Position numbers and translations under genes: made by a program. From the NCBI RefSeq assembly GCF_017876815.1, contig NZ_JAGIOS010000002.1, forward strand, positions 570,001 through 602,000: a stretch of DNA of 32,000 nucleotides, in the 5' to 3' direction. Under the pieces are notes generated by a model, which worked only from the letters and a program-made list of their open reading frames with translations, ran no database searches and was not told the DNA's origin. Below, one piece after another: positions 6,849-14,405 of the stretch (position 1 is the stretch's first letter; each line of letters begins with the position of its first letter). This DNA is from Sinorhizobium meliloti. GTDB taxonomy: Bacteria; Pseudomonadota; Alphaproteobacteria; Rhizobiales; Rhizobiaceae.

Positions 6849-7913
6849 TCAGGCGACCAGCCGCCGTCCGGTTCCGGCGTCGAACAAGTGCACATGCGCG
6901 GCATCGATTGCGAGATGGATCGTTTCGCCGGGCTTGGCATTCACCCTCTCGCGGAAAACACAGGTCACATCGTGGCCGCCGAGCCTTGCGATCAACTGCG
7001 TCTCGTAGCCGGTCGGCTCGATCACCGCGATTTCGGCCGGCAGCCCGTTCGGATCGAGAGCCATGTATTCGGGCCTCAGTCCGTAGACGAGATCGCGCCC
7101 CTGGGCGGCTGCCGGCCGCGCCACGGGCAGAGCCGTTCCGTCGGCCGTGAGGAAGACACTCGGATCGGCCGGATCGAGGCGGCCCTTGAGCATGTTCATC
7201 GCAGGCGAGCCTATGAAACCGGCCACGAAGAGATTGGCGGGGTTGTCGTAGAGCTCGAGCGGTGCGCCGATCTGCTCGACGATGCCGTCATGCATGACGA
7301 CGATCTTGTCGGCCATGGTCATCGCCTCGATCTGGTCATGCGTCACGTAGACGGTCGTGGTCTTCAGCCGCTGGTGCAGTTCCTTGATCTCGGCGCGCAT
7401 GGCGACGCGCAGCTTGGCATCGAGATTGGAAAGCGGTTCGTCGAAGAGAAACACCTGCGGGTCGCGCACGATCGCCCGCCCCATGGCGACGCGCTGGCGC
7501 TGACCGCCGGAAAGCTGACGCGGATAGCGGTCCAGCAGCTTCGAAAGGCCAAGAATTTCGGCCGCCACACCGACGCGTTTGTCGATTTCGGATTTCGGTC
7601 TCGCTGCCAGCATCAGCGAGAAGGCCATGTTGTCGGCGACCGTCATATGCGGATAGAGCGCATAATTCTGGAACACCATGGCGATGTCGCGGTCCTTCGG
7701 CGGCAAGCGGTTGACCACCTGGTTGCCGATGCGAATTTCGCCGGCGGTGATGTTTTCGAGGCCCGCCAGCATCCGGAGCAAGGTGGATTTGCCGCAACCG
7801 GAAGGGCCGACGAGAATGACGAACTCGCCATCCTCGATCTCGATGTTCACGCCCTTGATGACAGGGAAAGCACCGAAGGACTTCCGGACATCGACAAAAT
7901 CCACGCCTGCCAT
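6849..7913 (-). CDS. ABC transporter ATP-binding protein, UgpC/MalK-like
   Basis: Walker A GPSGCGKST, signature LSGGQRQR, Walker B VFLFDEPLS, and a C-terminal regulatory (TOBE-like) extension. 354 aa. Confidence 0.95.
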   Translation of the reverse strand: MAGVDFVDVRKSFGAFPVIKGVNIEIEDGEFVILVGPSGCGKSTLLRMLAGLENITAGEIRIGNQVVNRLPPKDRDIAMVFQNYALYPHMTVADNMAFSLMLAARPKSEIDKRVGVAAEILGLSKLLDRYPRQLSGGQRQRVAMGRAIVRDPQVFLFDEPLSNLDAKLRVAMRAEIKELHQRLKTTTVYVTHDQIEAMTMADKIVVMHDGIVEQIGAPLELYDNPANLFVAGFIGSPAMNMLKGRLDPADPSVFLTADGTALPVARPAAAQGRDLVYGLRPEYMALDPNGLPAEIAVIEPTGYETQLIARLGGHDVTCVFRERVNAKPGETIHLAIDAAHVHLFDAGTGRRLVA

Positions 7914-7997
7914 TTGCGTTCCTCCCAGAACTGATCTTTATCCTTGCGTCCGCCCAAATCATCGTTTGCGCGACCGCGCCAGGCTGAAAACCTCTTT

Positions 7998-8774
7998 TTA
8001 TCCGCGGCCGACCAGCGGCATCCTGGTCGCCATCACGGTCATCGTGAGAACATTGGCCGAGAGCGGCAGGCTCGCCATGTAGACGACCGCCTCGGCGATG
8101 TGCTCGATCGGTATCGTCGGCTCCGCCGCAACCTCGCCATTGGCCTGCAGCACGCCGGTGCTCATCCTCGCGGTCATGTCGGTCGCGGCATTGCCGATGT
8201 CGATCTGGCCACAGGCGATGTCGTGCATCCGGCCATCGAGCGCCGTCGATTTCGTGAGGCCGGTAATGGCGTGCTTGGTCGCGGTATAGGGCGTCGAATT
8301 AGGCCGCGGCGTCTGCGCGGAAATCGAGCCGTTGTTGATGATCCGGCCCCCGCGCGGCGTCTGCGCCTTCATCAGCCGGAAGGCATGTTGCGTGCACAGA
8401 AAGGCGCCCGTCAGATTCGCCGCGACGATACCGTTCCACTGTTCGAAGGTCACCTCTTCGAGGGGCACGGGCGGCACGTTAGAGCCGGCATTGTTGACGA
8501 GGAGATCCAGCCGGGCGAATTCCGCCCGGACAGCCGCAAAGAGAGCCGCGACCTGATCCGGATTGCCGACATCGCAGACGACCGCGCGGACGATATTGCC
8601 GGTCAGCCCGCCGATTTCGCCGGCCGCAGCCTCGAGCACATTCGGACGGCGGCCGGTGATGACGACGCTGTAGCCTTCAGTACTCAAAGCCTGGGCGATG
8701 CCGCGGCCGACACCGGTCCCGCCGCCCGTGACCAGCGCGATCCTGCCCTCGCCCGATCCCTTCCCTTGCGCCAT
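7998..8774 (-). CDS. classical short-chain dehydrogenase/reductase (SDR), substrate unknown
   Basis: True start [25 protein letters not shown] is inside the over-extended ORF 7998..9113. Motifs TGxxxGxG, NNAG and S...YTATK are present. 258 aa. The start lies 1 nt after the denD-like stop. Confidence 0.9.
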   Translation of the reverse strand: MAQGKGSGEGRIALVTGGGTGVGRGIAQALSTEGYSVVITGRRPNVLEAAAGEIGGLTGNIVRAVVCDVGNPDQVAALFAAVRAEFARLDLLVNNAGSNVPPVPLEEVTFEQWNGIVAANLTGAFLCTQHAFRLMKAQTPRGGRIINNGSISAQTPRPNSTPYTATKHAITGLTKSTALDGRMHDIACGQIDIGNAATDMTARMSTGVLQANGEVAAEPTIPIEHIAEAVVYMASLPLSANVLTMTVMATRMPLVGRG

Positions 8775-8775
8775 C

Positions 8776-9759
8776 TCAGACCCTCCCTCCGAGTTCGTCT
8801 TCGATATGGATGCGGATGATCTCGTCGAAGCTGCTCTCGGCCGTGAAGCCGAGTTCCCGCGCACGGCGGGCATCGAAGTCGGTCGCCCAGCCGGAGACGA
8901 TCGTCTGGATGACCGGATCCGGCTCGCGTCGGATGAGGCCCACGGCCTTCTGGCCGGCAATACGGCCGAGTGCCTCGATCTCCTCGCCGACCAGCGCCGA
9001 CAAGCCCGGCATGGTGAGGTTGCGCCGCGGCCCCATGACACCCGTATCCATTCGCGCCGCGTGGATGAAGAAGCCCACGGCCGAGCGCGGGCTCGCGAAC
9101 CAGTGCCGGACATTTTCGGCCACCGGCAGGATAGCTTCCTGGCCGACGAGCGGCTCGCGCAGGATGTTGGAAAAGAAGCCGGATGCGGCCTTGTTCGGCT
9201 TTCCGGGCCGAATGCAGATGGTCGGCAGCCGGATGCCGATACCGTCGAAGAAGCCGCGGCGGGTATAGTCGGCGAGCAGCAGCTCGCAGATCGCCTTTTG
9301 CGTCCCGTAGCTGGTCAGCGGCGTGGTGAAGAACTCGTCGCCGATCCTTTCCGGAAACGGCTGGCCGAAGACGGCGATAGAGGAGGCGAAGAGGACGCGC
9401 GGGAGGTAGCGCTCGCGTTGTCCCTCGCGGCGGATCGCCTCGAAGAGCGCGCGTGTGCCGTCGAGATTGACCAGGTAGCCTTTGTCGAAGTCGGCCTCCG
9501 CCTCTCCCGAGACGATCGCCGCGAGATGGATGATCACGTCCGGCCGCGAGGAGATCAGGCGCTCTGCGCTGCCCTCGCTGGACAGGTCGATCGCAAGCGT
9601 CGTCGCAAGCGACGAAAATGCCGGCGGCAGGGGCGGCTCCACCACGTCCGCCAATGTCAGGCTGGCGATCTCGCGTCCTAGCGAACCGGGCTCCGCGGCC
9701 AGCCTTTCGACCAGCTTCCGGCCGATCATGCCGGCGGCACCAATGACCATTACATGCAT
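8776..9759 (-). CDS. denD: NAD-dependent epimerase/dehydratase-fold dehydrogenase, probable D-erythronate dehydrogenase
   Basis: N-terminal Rossmann motif [17 protein letters not shown] catalytic motif, and [28 protein letters not shown] block. Functional call rests on family resemblance (memory) plus linkage to otnC/otnI/otnK/ltnD. Confidence 0.8.
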   Translation of the reverse strand: MHVMVIGAAGMIGRKLVERLAAEPGSLGREIASLTLADVVEPPLPPAFSSLATTLAIDLSSEGSAERLISSRPDVIIHLAAIVSGEAEADFDKGYLVNLDGTRALFEAIRREGQRERYLPRVLFASSIAVFGQPFPERIGDEFFTTPLTSYGTQKAICELLLADYTRRGFFDGIGIRLPTICIRPGKPNKAASGFFSNILREPLVGQEAILPVAENVRHWFASPRSAVGFFIHAARMDTGVMGPRRNLTMPGLSALVGEEIEALGRIAGQKAVGLIRREPDPVIQTIVSGWATDFDARRARELGFTAESSFDEIIRIHIEDELGGRV

Positions 9760-9803
9760 TTTCGGCGAACCTCCTCCTGTTCGGCCACCCGGGCAGTCCT
9801 GGC

Positions 9804-10568
9804 TCAGCTTGACTTTCTGTTCGCTCCGTTTGCCTGCTCGTCCGCCAGCAAAGCCTTCGTCGTCTCATAGATCCGGATCAGATGATGGTGAAAGGCGGCG
9901 ACGACGGCCGCCCGGTCATGCTGCCTCAAGGCGGCGACGATGTCGCTGTGATCCTTGTAGCTCGCTTCGATTGCTCCGGGCCGTGACATGGCGCTTCGCC
10001 GGTAGTCCATCATATAGGTGTAAAGGTCGGTGACGAAATCGGAGAGCAGCGGATTGCCGCAGGCCCGGTAGATCGCCACATGGAACTCGCGGTCGCAAAT
10101 CAGAAAGCGCATCGCGTCGTCGCCGCAGATCTTCTGCGCGTCCAGAAGGCTGTCAAGCTTGCGCAGCGCCTCTTCATCGATGTTCTCTGCCGCGTCGCCG
10201 ACCACCTTCAACTCGATGTGAAGCCTTGCGGCGTGAACGTCCTCGAGATCGTAGCTGTCGATCGCGTTCGGGGAAGCGATCGTCACTGTGACATGGCTGA
10301 GATCGACATTCCCGACGCGCGTTCGGCTTCCTTGCGACACCTCGACCACACCGCGCGCCGCCAGCGTCTGGATTGCGCCGCGCACCGTCTCGCGGCTCAC
10401 ATGGAGCACGCTCGCAAGCTCGCGTTCGCCCGGCAGCACATCGCCCGGCCTCAGCATGTTGGTCGCAACCAGCACCATAAGCTTGTCGGCAATGAGGTCG
10501 CGCGCGGTACGGCGCTCGAGGCTCTTCCCGACTTTAGGCATATGCGTGAGGATTGGACTTCCATTCAC
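9804..10568 (-). CDS. GntR-family (FadR/FCD subfamily) transcriptional regulator
   Basis: wHTH segment GERELASVLHVSRETVRGAIQTLAARGVVEV plus an all-helical C-terminal FCD-like domain. GTG start with GGAGG 7 nt upstream. Confidence 0.9.
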   Translation of the reverse strand: MNGSPILTHMPKVGKSLERRTARDLIADKLMVLVATNMLRPGDVLPGERELASVLHVSRETVRGAIQTLAARGVVEVSQGSRTRVGNVDLSHVTVTIASPNAIDSYDLEDVHAARLHIELKVVGDAAENIDEEALRKLDSLLDAQKICGDDAMRFLICDREFHVAIYRACGNPLLSDFVTDLYTYMMDYRRSAMSRPGAIEASYKDHSDIVAALRQHDRAAVVAAFHHHLIRIYETTKALLADEQANGANRKSS

Positions 10569-10581
10569 CGCGGCGCCTCCA

Positions 10582-10612
10582 ACTGATCCACTGGTTGGTC
10601 CAGCAGATCAGT
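10582..10612. promoter_or_regulatory. 31-bp imperfect palindrome, candidate GntR-family operator
   Basis: ACTGATCCACTGGTTGGTCCAGCAGATCAGT, with 11 of 15 arm positions complementary by hand count. It lies between the predicted -10 and the SD of the GntR gene. Confidence 0.4.
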
Positions 10613-10619
10613 ATTACAA

Positions 10620-10649
10620 ATAGAGTGCCTATGGGAGCGCGCGGTCAAG
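10620..10649 (-). promoter_or_regulatory. candidate sigma-70 promoter of the GntR-denD-SDR-ABC unit
   Basis: On the minus strand, CTTGAC (10649-10644), an 18-nt spacer, then CTCTAT (10625-10620). This compares with the alpha-proteobacterial consensus CTTGAC-N17-CTATAT. Confidence 0.3.
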
Positions 10650-10725
10650 GGAGGTTCGTTGCGGCAGCGCACCAAAAATGCACGGCTCCGTTGTGCAGCG
10701 CCGTGGGATAGGAGAGCTCGGCCGC

Positions 10726-10780
10726 CCCTCATCCGCCCGCCGGCACCTTCTCCCCGCACGCCGGGCGAAGGGGACCCGCG
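10726..10780. repeat. REP-like palindromic intergenic repeat, copy A
   Basis: CCCTCATCCGCCCGCCGGCACCTTCTCCCCGCACGCCGGGCGAAGGGGACCCGCG, near-identical over about 55 bp to 29066-29122. It contains a CCTTCTCCCCG/CGGGGCGAAGG hairpin. Confidence 0.6.
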
Positions 10781-10795
10781 TCGCCCGCCTAAGTT

Positions 10796-10822
10796 CCCTC
10801 TCCCCGCCTGCGGGGCGAGGGG
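10796..10822. repeat. REP-like palindromic repeat, shorter copy B
   Basis: CCCTCTCCCCGCCTGCGGGGCGAGGGG, the same hairpin core as copies A and C. Confidence 0.5.
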
Positions 10823-10867
10823 CAAGTCCAGGCTCAGACCGGTTGAGAATAGCCGCTCGGAGGCACT

Positions 10868-11545
10868 CTATCCGTGATCATGCCCCTCGTGGTCGCCGAG
10901 CGACGGCAGGTCGAGGCTGAACGTTTCGACAAGATCGGCCACTTGCTGCGGGCTCAGGTAGCGCGGATTGAGGTTGCGCAGCAGCAGGTAGAGCTTGGCT
11001 GTCTCCTCCAGTTCCTCCGTCGCAAAGACCGCTGCCTCCAGACTGTCGCCGGCGACGACCGGCCCGTGGTTGGAGAGCAGCACGGAGGAATATCTGCCCG
11101 CAAGCCCGCGGATCGCATCGGCGACGGCCGGGTCTCCGGGGCGGTAATAGGGCACGAGCGCCGTCTCCCCGGCCCGCATGAGGTAATAGGGCGTCATCGG
11201 CGGAAGGGCCGCCCGCGGATCGATCTCCGGCAACATCGTCAGCGCGACCGCGTGGGTCGAATGGAGATGCACGATCGCACGGGCGCTGCCGCGCGTTTCG
11301 TAGAGGGCGGAATGAAGGGGAATCTCCTTCGTCGGCTTGTCGCCCGAGACGAGCCGGCCGCCGGCATCGAGCCGCGAAATGCGCGCGGGGTCGAGGAAGC
11401 CGAGCGAGGCGTTGGTGGGCGTCACCAGCCAGCCGCCGTCTTCGAGTCTCATCGATATGTTTCCGGAAGAGCCGGGTGTCAGGCCCCGCTCGAAGAGGGA
11501 CCGGCCGTAGCGGCAGATTTCTTCGCGAAGACGCGTTTCTGACAT
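10868..11545 (-). CDS. otnC: class II aldolase/adducin-family protein, probable 3-oxo-tetronate 4-phosphate decarboxylase
   Basis: Start chosen at MSETRLREEICRYGRSLFERGL. Motifs GNISMR and HLHSTH (metal-binding His). 225 aa. It lies 16 bp downstream of the LacI gene and is linked to otnI/otnK. Confidence 0.82.
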   Translation of the reverse strand: MSETRLREEICRYGRSLFERGLTPGSSGNISMRLEDGGWLVTPTNASLGFLDPARISRLDAGGRLVSGDKPTKEIPLHSALYETRGSARAIVHLHSTHAVALTMLPEIDPRAALPPMTPYYLMRAGETALVPYYRPGDPAVADAIRGLAGRYSSVLLSNHGPVVAGDSLEAAVFATEELEETAKLYLLLRNLNPRYLSPQQVADLVETFSLDLPSLGDHEGHDHG

Positions 11546-11561
11546 TGGTGGTCCTTTCCGT

Positions 11562-12566
11562 TCAGGCTGTAGCGCCTTCGATAAGTTCAAATCCAAGATC
11601 GGCGACGTGGGACGGGTGATCGTTGATGACCAACTCAGCCGCCAGCTTTCCCGTCGCGACGCGAGGCGTACGAATGGTCGTCAGAGGTTGCGGCGTGGCC
11701 TGGCCGATGTCGAGGCCGTTGTGGCCGAAAAGGGCGAGCCTGGTGGGAACGGGAATGGTGCGTGCAAGACAATGAAAATATCCGCCGAGCGCCATGTCGT
11801 CGTTCGAGAAATAGACCGCATCGAGCCCCGGAGCCCTTCGAAGAAGCTGCTCGAGTCCCGCCCGCCCGTTCCCGACCGAAGAAGCGCCCGCCCGGATTTC
11901 CCGATCCACGAGGGGGACGCCGGCCAGGTTCAGCGCTTCACGAAAGCCCTCGAAGCGTTTGCCGGCGCGCGTGTCTCGGCCGAGATCGTGGCCGACATAG
12001 CCGATCCGGCGATAACCTCGCTTCAACAGGAATTCGGCGCTTGCGCGACCCGCCTCGCGATTGGAAAAGCCGACCGCCAGGTCTATGGCGGTCCCGTCGA
12101 TGTCGAGCAGTTCGACGACACGACAGCCGCTCGCCCGCAGCATCTTGAGCGTGCCCTCCGTATGCTCGAAGCCGGCAAGCATCACCGCCGTGGGCCGCCA
12201 GGCGAGCATGGCGGCGACAAGGGCCTCCTCGCGCTCCGGCTCATAGTCCGTCACGGAAAAGACGGCCTGATAGCGATTTTCCTCCAGAACGGCGCCTGCA
12301 CCCCGCAGCACGTCCGGGAACACGATGTTGGTGAGCGACGGGATGACGAAGGCGACGAGGCGGGACCCGGCCGAGGCCAGGGTGCCGGCGATCCGGTTCG
12401 GGACGTAGCCAAGCCGCTCGACCGCATCCAACACGCGCTCCCGGGCCTTGCCGGAGAACGAGCCGTGATTGCGCAGCACGCGGGAAACCGTGCTCTCGCC
12501 CACACCCGCGGCTTCCGCCACCTCTGCAAGCGTTACGGTCGTCTGCTGCTTGAAGTCCGTCGTCAC
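11562..12566 (-). CDS. LacI-family transcriptional regulator
   Basis: N-terminal HTH VTLAEVAEAAGVGESTVSRVLRN plus a periplasmic-binding-protein-like sugar-binding domain. GTG start; 334 aa. Confidence 0.9.
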   Translation of the reverse strand: MTTDFKQQTTVTLAEVAEAAGVGESTVSRVLRNHGSFSGKARERVLDAVERLGYVPNRIAGTLASAGSRLVAFVIPSLTNIVFPDVLRGAGAVLEENRYQAVFSVTDYEPEREEALVAAMLAWRPTAVMLAGFEHTEGTLKMLRASGCRVVELLDIDGTAIDLAVGFSNREAGRASAEFLLKRGYRRIGYVGHDLGRDTRAGKRFEGFREALNLAGVPLVDREIRAGASSVGNGRAGLEQLLRRAPGLDAVYFSNDDMALGGYFHCLARTIPVPTRLALFGHNGLDIGQATPQPLTTIRTPRVATGKLAAELVINDHPSHVADLGFELIEGATA

Positions 12567-12629
12567 TTCGCGCCTGTTCCAGTTTGACGTGGCCGTTCAG
12601 GGTCTGATCGCCTTCATAGGCGGAAATTT

Positions 12630-12645
12630 TTGGCAGCGCTACCAA
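12630..12645. promoter_or_regulatory. LacI-type operator O1 (16-bp palindrome, one mismatch pair)
   Basis: TTGGCAGCGCTACCAA with a central CG, in the divergent lacI/ltnD spacer. Confidence 0.6.
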
Positions 12646-12651
12646 TTTTGG

Positions 12652-12667
12652 TTGGCAGCGCTGCCAA
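12652..12667. promoter_or_regulatory. LacI-type operator O2 (perfect 16-bp palindrome)
   Basis: TTGGCAGCGCTGCCAA with a central CG. Its centre is 22 bp from the O1 centre, and it lies 42 bp upstream of the ltnD ATG. Confidence 0.65.
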
Positions 12668-12708
12668 AGCTCACTAGAACGGGTGCCCTGGCAACTGGAG
12701 GAGACGAA

Positions 12709-13614
12709 ATGGCATCGAAGATCGCAGTGCTCGGGCTCGGCTCGATGGGCTTCGGTATGGCGTGCTCGATGAAAACCGCGGGCCTCGACGTCTTGGGCTA
12801 CGACGTTGCCCCGCCCGCAGTGGAGCGTTTCGTCGCCGACGGCGGTCGCGGAGCGGGAACGCCAGGCGAGGCCGTGACGGGCGCCGACATCATCGTTTCG
12901 GTCGTCGTGAGCGGCGCGCAGACCGAAGCCGTTCTGTTCGGTCCAAATGGCGTCGCAGGCGCCATGAAGCCCGGTGCCGCCTTCATATCGTCTGCGACCA
13001 TGGATCCGGCGATCGCGCGCGACCTGGCGCAGCGGCTCGAAGCACTCGGGCTTCACTATCTCGACGCGCCGATCTCAGGCGGCGCCGCAAAGGCGGCTAA
13101 GGGCGAACTGACGATCATGGCTTCGGGTTCGCCGCAGGCCTTCGCAGCCGCCCGACCGGCCCTCGACGCCATGGCCGCCAAGGTCTACGAACTCGGCGGG
13201 ACCGCCGGGACCGGCGCCGCCTTCAAGATGATCAACCAGCTTCTCGCCGGCGTGCACATTGCGGCCGCCTGCGAAGCGATCGCCTTCGCGGCCAAACAGG
13301 GGCTGGACCTCGACAAAGTATACGAGGTGATCACCGCTTCGGCCGGCAATTCCTGGATGTTCGAAAACCGCATCCCGCATGTGCTCGCGGGAGATTACGC
13401 CCCGCTGAGCGCCATCGAGATTTTCGTGAAGGACCTCGGCATCGTCCAGGATATGGCGCGCGCGGAGCGCTATCCGGTGCCGCTCGTGGCGGCCGCACTG
13501 CAGATGTATCTTGCAGCCTCGGGCGCAGGCATGGGGCGCGACGACGACTCCTCCCTCGCGCGGCTCTACGCCCAGCTCTCCGGGGCCACGCTGCCCGGCA
13601 CGAATAATCCATAA
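12709..13614 (+). CDS. ltnD: beta-hydroxyacid dehydrogenase family, probable L-threonate dehydrogenase
   Basis: Start at MASKIAVLGLGSMGFGMA (GGAGGA upstream), inside the over-extended ORF 12469..13614. 3-hydroxyisobutyrate-dehydrogenase-like fold. It is first in the operon with otnI and otnK. Confidence 0.82.
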   Translation: MASKIAVLGLGSMGFGMACSMKTAGLDVLGYDVAPPAVERFVADGGRGAGTPGEAVTGADIIVSVVVSGAQTEAVLFGPNGVAGAMKPGAAFISSATMDPAIARDLAQRLEALGLHYLDAPISGGAAKAAKGELTIMASGSPQAFAAARPALDAMAAKVYELGGTAGTGAAFKMINQLLAGVHIAAACEAIAFAAKQGLDLDKVYEVITASAGNSWMFENRIPHVLAGDYAPLSAIEIFVKDLGIVQDMARAERYPVPLVAAALQMYLAASGAGMGRDDDSSLARLYAQLSGATLPGTNNP

Positions 13615-13625
13615 GGAAGACGCGC

Positions 13626-14402
13626 ATGCCCGTTTTTGCCGCCAATCTGACGATGATGTTCACCGAGTTGCCGTTCCTCGACCGCTTCGACGCGGCCGCC
13701 GACGCCGGGTTCGCAGCCGTCGAGTATCTTTTTCCCTACGAGGTGCCGCCGGAAGCGATCGCCGAACGGCTTGCCCGCAACAGTCTCGAGCAGGCACTGT
13801 TCAACCTGCCGCCGGGCGATTGGGCAGCCGGCGAACGCGGCATCGCCGCCCTGCCCGGCCGCTTCAATGCGTTGAAATCGGATGTCGACAAGGCGCTCGA
13901 CTACGCGGCCGCGACCGGCGCCAAGCGCCTGCACCTGATGGCAGGTCTTGCTGATCCGCGCGACCGCGAGGCCGCATCCTGCTACCGCCGCTCGGTCGCC
14001 TGTACCGCCGAGCGCCTGGCCGACGAGGGCATCGATCTCCTCATCGAACCGATCAACGGCCGCAACATGCCGGGATATTTCCTCAACGATTTCGGGACCG
14101 CCGAGCGGCTCATCGCCGAGCTCGCGCTCCCCAACCTCAAGCTGCAATTCGACATCTATCACCGGCAGATCCTGCACGGCGACGTCGCAATGGCACTCCG
14201 CCACCTTATGCCGTTCACCGGCCATATCCAGATCGCCAGCGTGCCCTCGCGGCACGAGCCGGATGGCGAGGAGTTGAACTATCACTACCTCTTTGAAGAA
14301 ATCGACCGGCTCGGCTATGGCGGCTTCGTCGGCTGCGAATACAACCCGCGCGGCCAGACGCTCGACGGCCTCGGCTGGTTCAAACCCTTTCGACGGAGCT
14401 GA
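13626..14402 (+). CDS. otnI: hydroxypyruvate-isomerase-family (TIM barrel) protein, probable 2-oxo-tetronate isomerase
   Basis: MPVFAANLTMMFTELPFLDRF...VEYLFPYE. 258 aa. It is a paralogue of the hyi gene at 25360..26175 and lies between ltnD and the DUF1537 kinase. Confidence 0.82.
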   Translation: MPVFAANLTMMFTELPFLDRFDAAADAGFAAVEYLFPYEVPPEAIAERLARNSLEQALFNLPPGDWAAGERGIAALPGRFNALKSDVDKALDYAAATGAKRLHLMAGLADPRDREAASCYRRSVACTAERLADEGIDLLIEPINGRNMPGYFLNDFGTAERLIAELALPNLKLQFDIYHRQILHGDVAMALRHLMPFTGHIQIASVPSRHEPDGEELNYHYLFEEIDRLGYGGFVGCEYNPRGQTLDGLGWFKPFRRS

Positions 14403-14405
14403 CCC

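Noticed and set aside
6594-7934. 446-aa plus-strand ORF (and 6070..7008, 312 aa) antisense to the ABC ATPase and SBP genes
   Set aside because: The opposite strand encodes unmistakable Walker A/B and signature motifs. These ORFs have shadow-frame composition and no start context.
7998-9113. 371-aa version of the SDR ORF extending over the denD-like gene
   Set aside because: The upstream 113 codons overlap the 3' part of the denD-like CDS in another frame and are Arg/Ser/Pro-rich. The SDR Rossmann motif begins right after the internal MAQGKG start at 8774.
8684-9868. 394-aa minus ORF and 327-aa plus ORF (8698..9681) overlapping the denD-like gene
   Set aside because: These alternative frames are rich in Arg/Gly/Pro and lack motifs. 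The 8776..9759 frame has a Rossmann fold, the YxxxK motif and good start context.
10565-10825. 86-aa minus ORF and plus ORFs 10659..10877 and 10678..10920 in the GntR-otnC spacer
   Set aside because: They are translations of the REP-like palindromic repeats (Pro/Arg/Gly strings such as PSPRTPGEGDPRRP), not genes.
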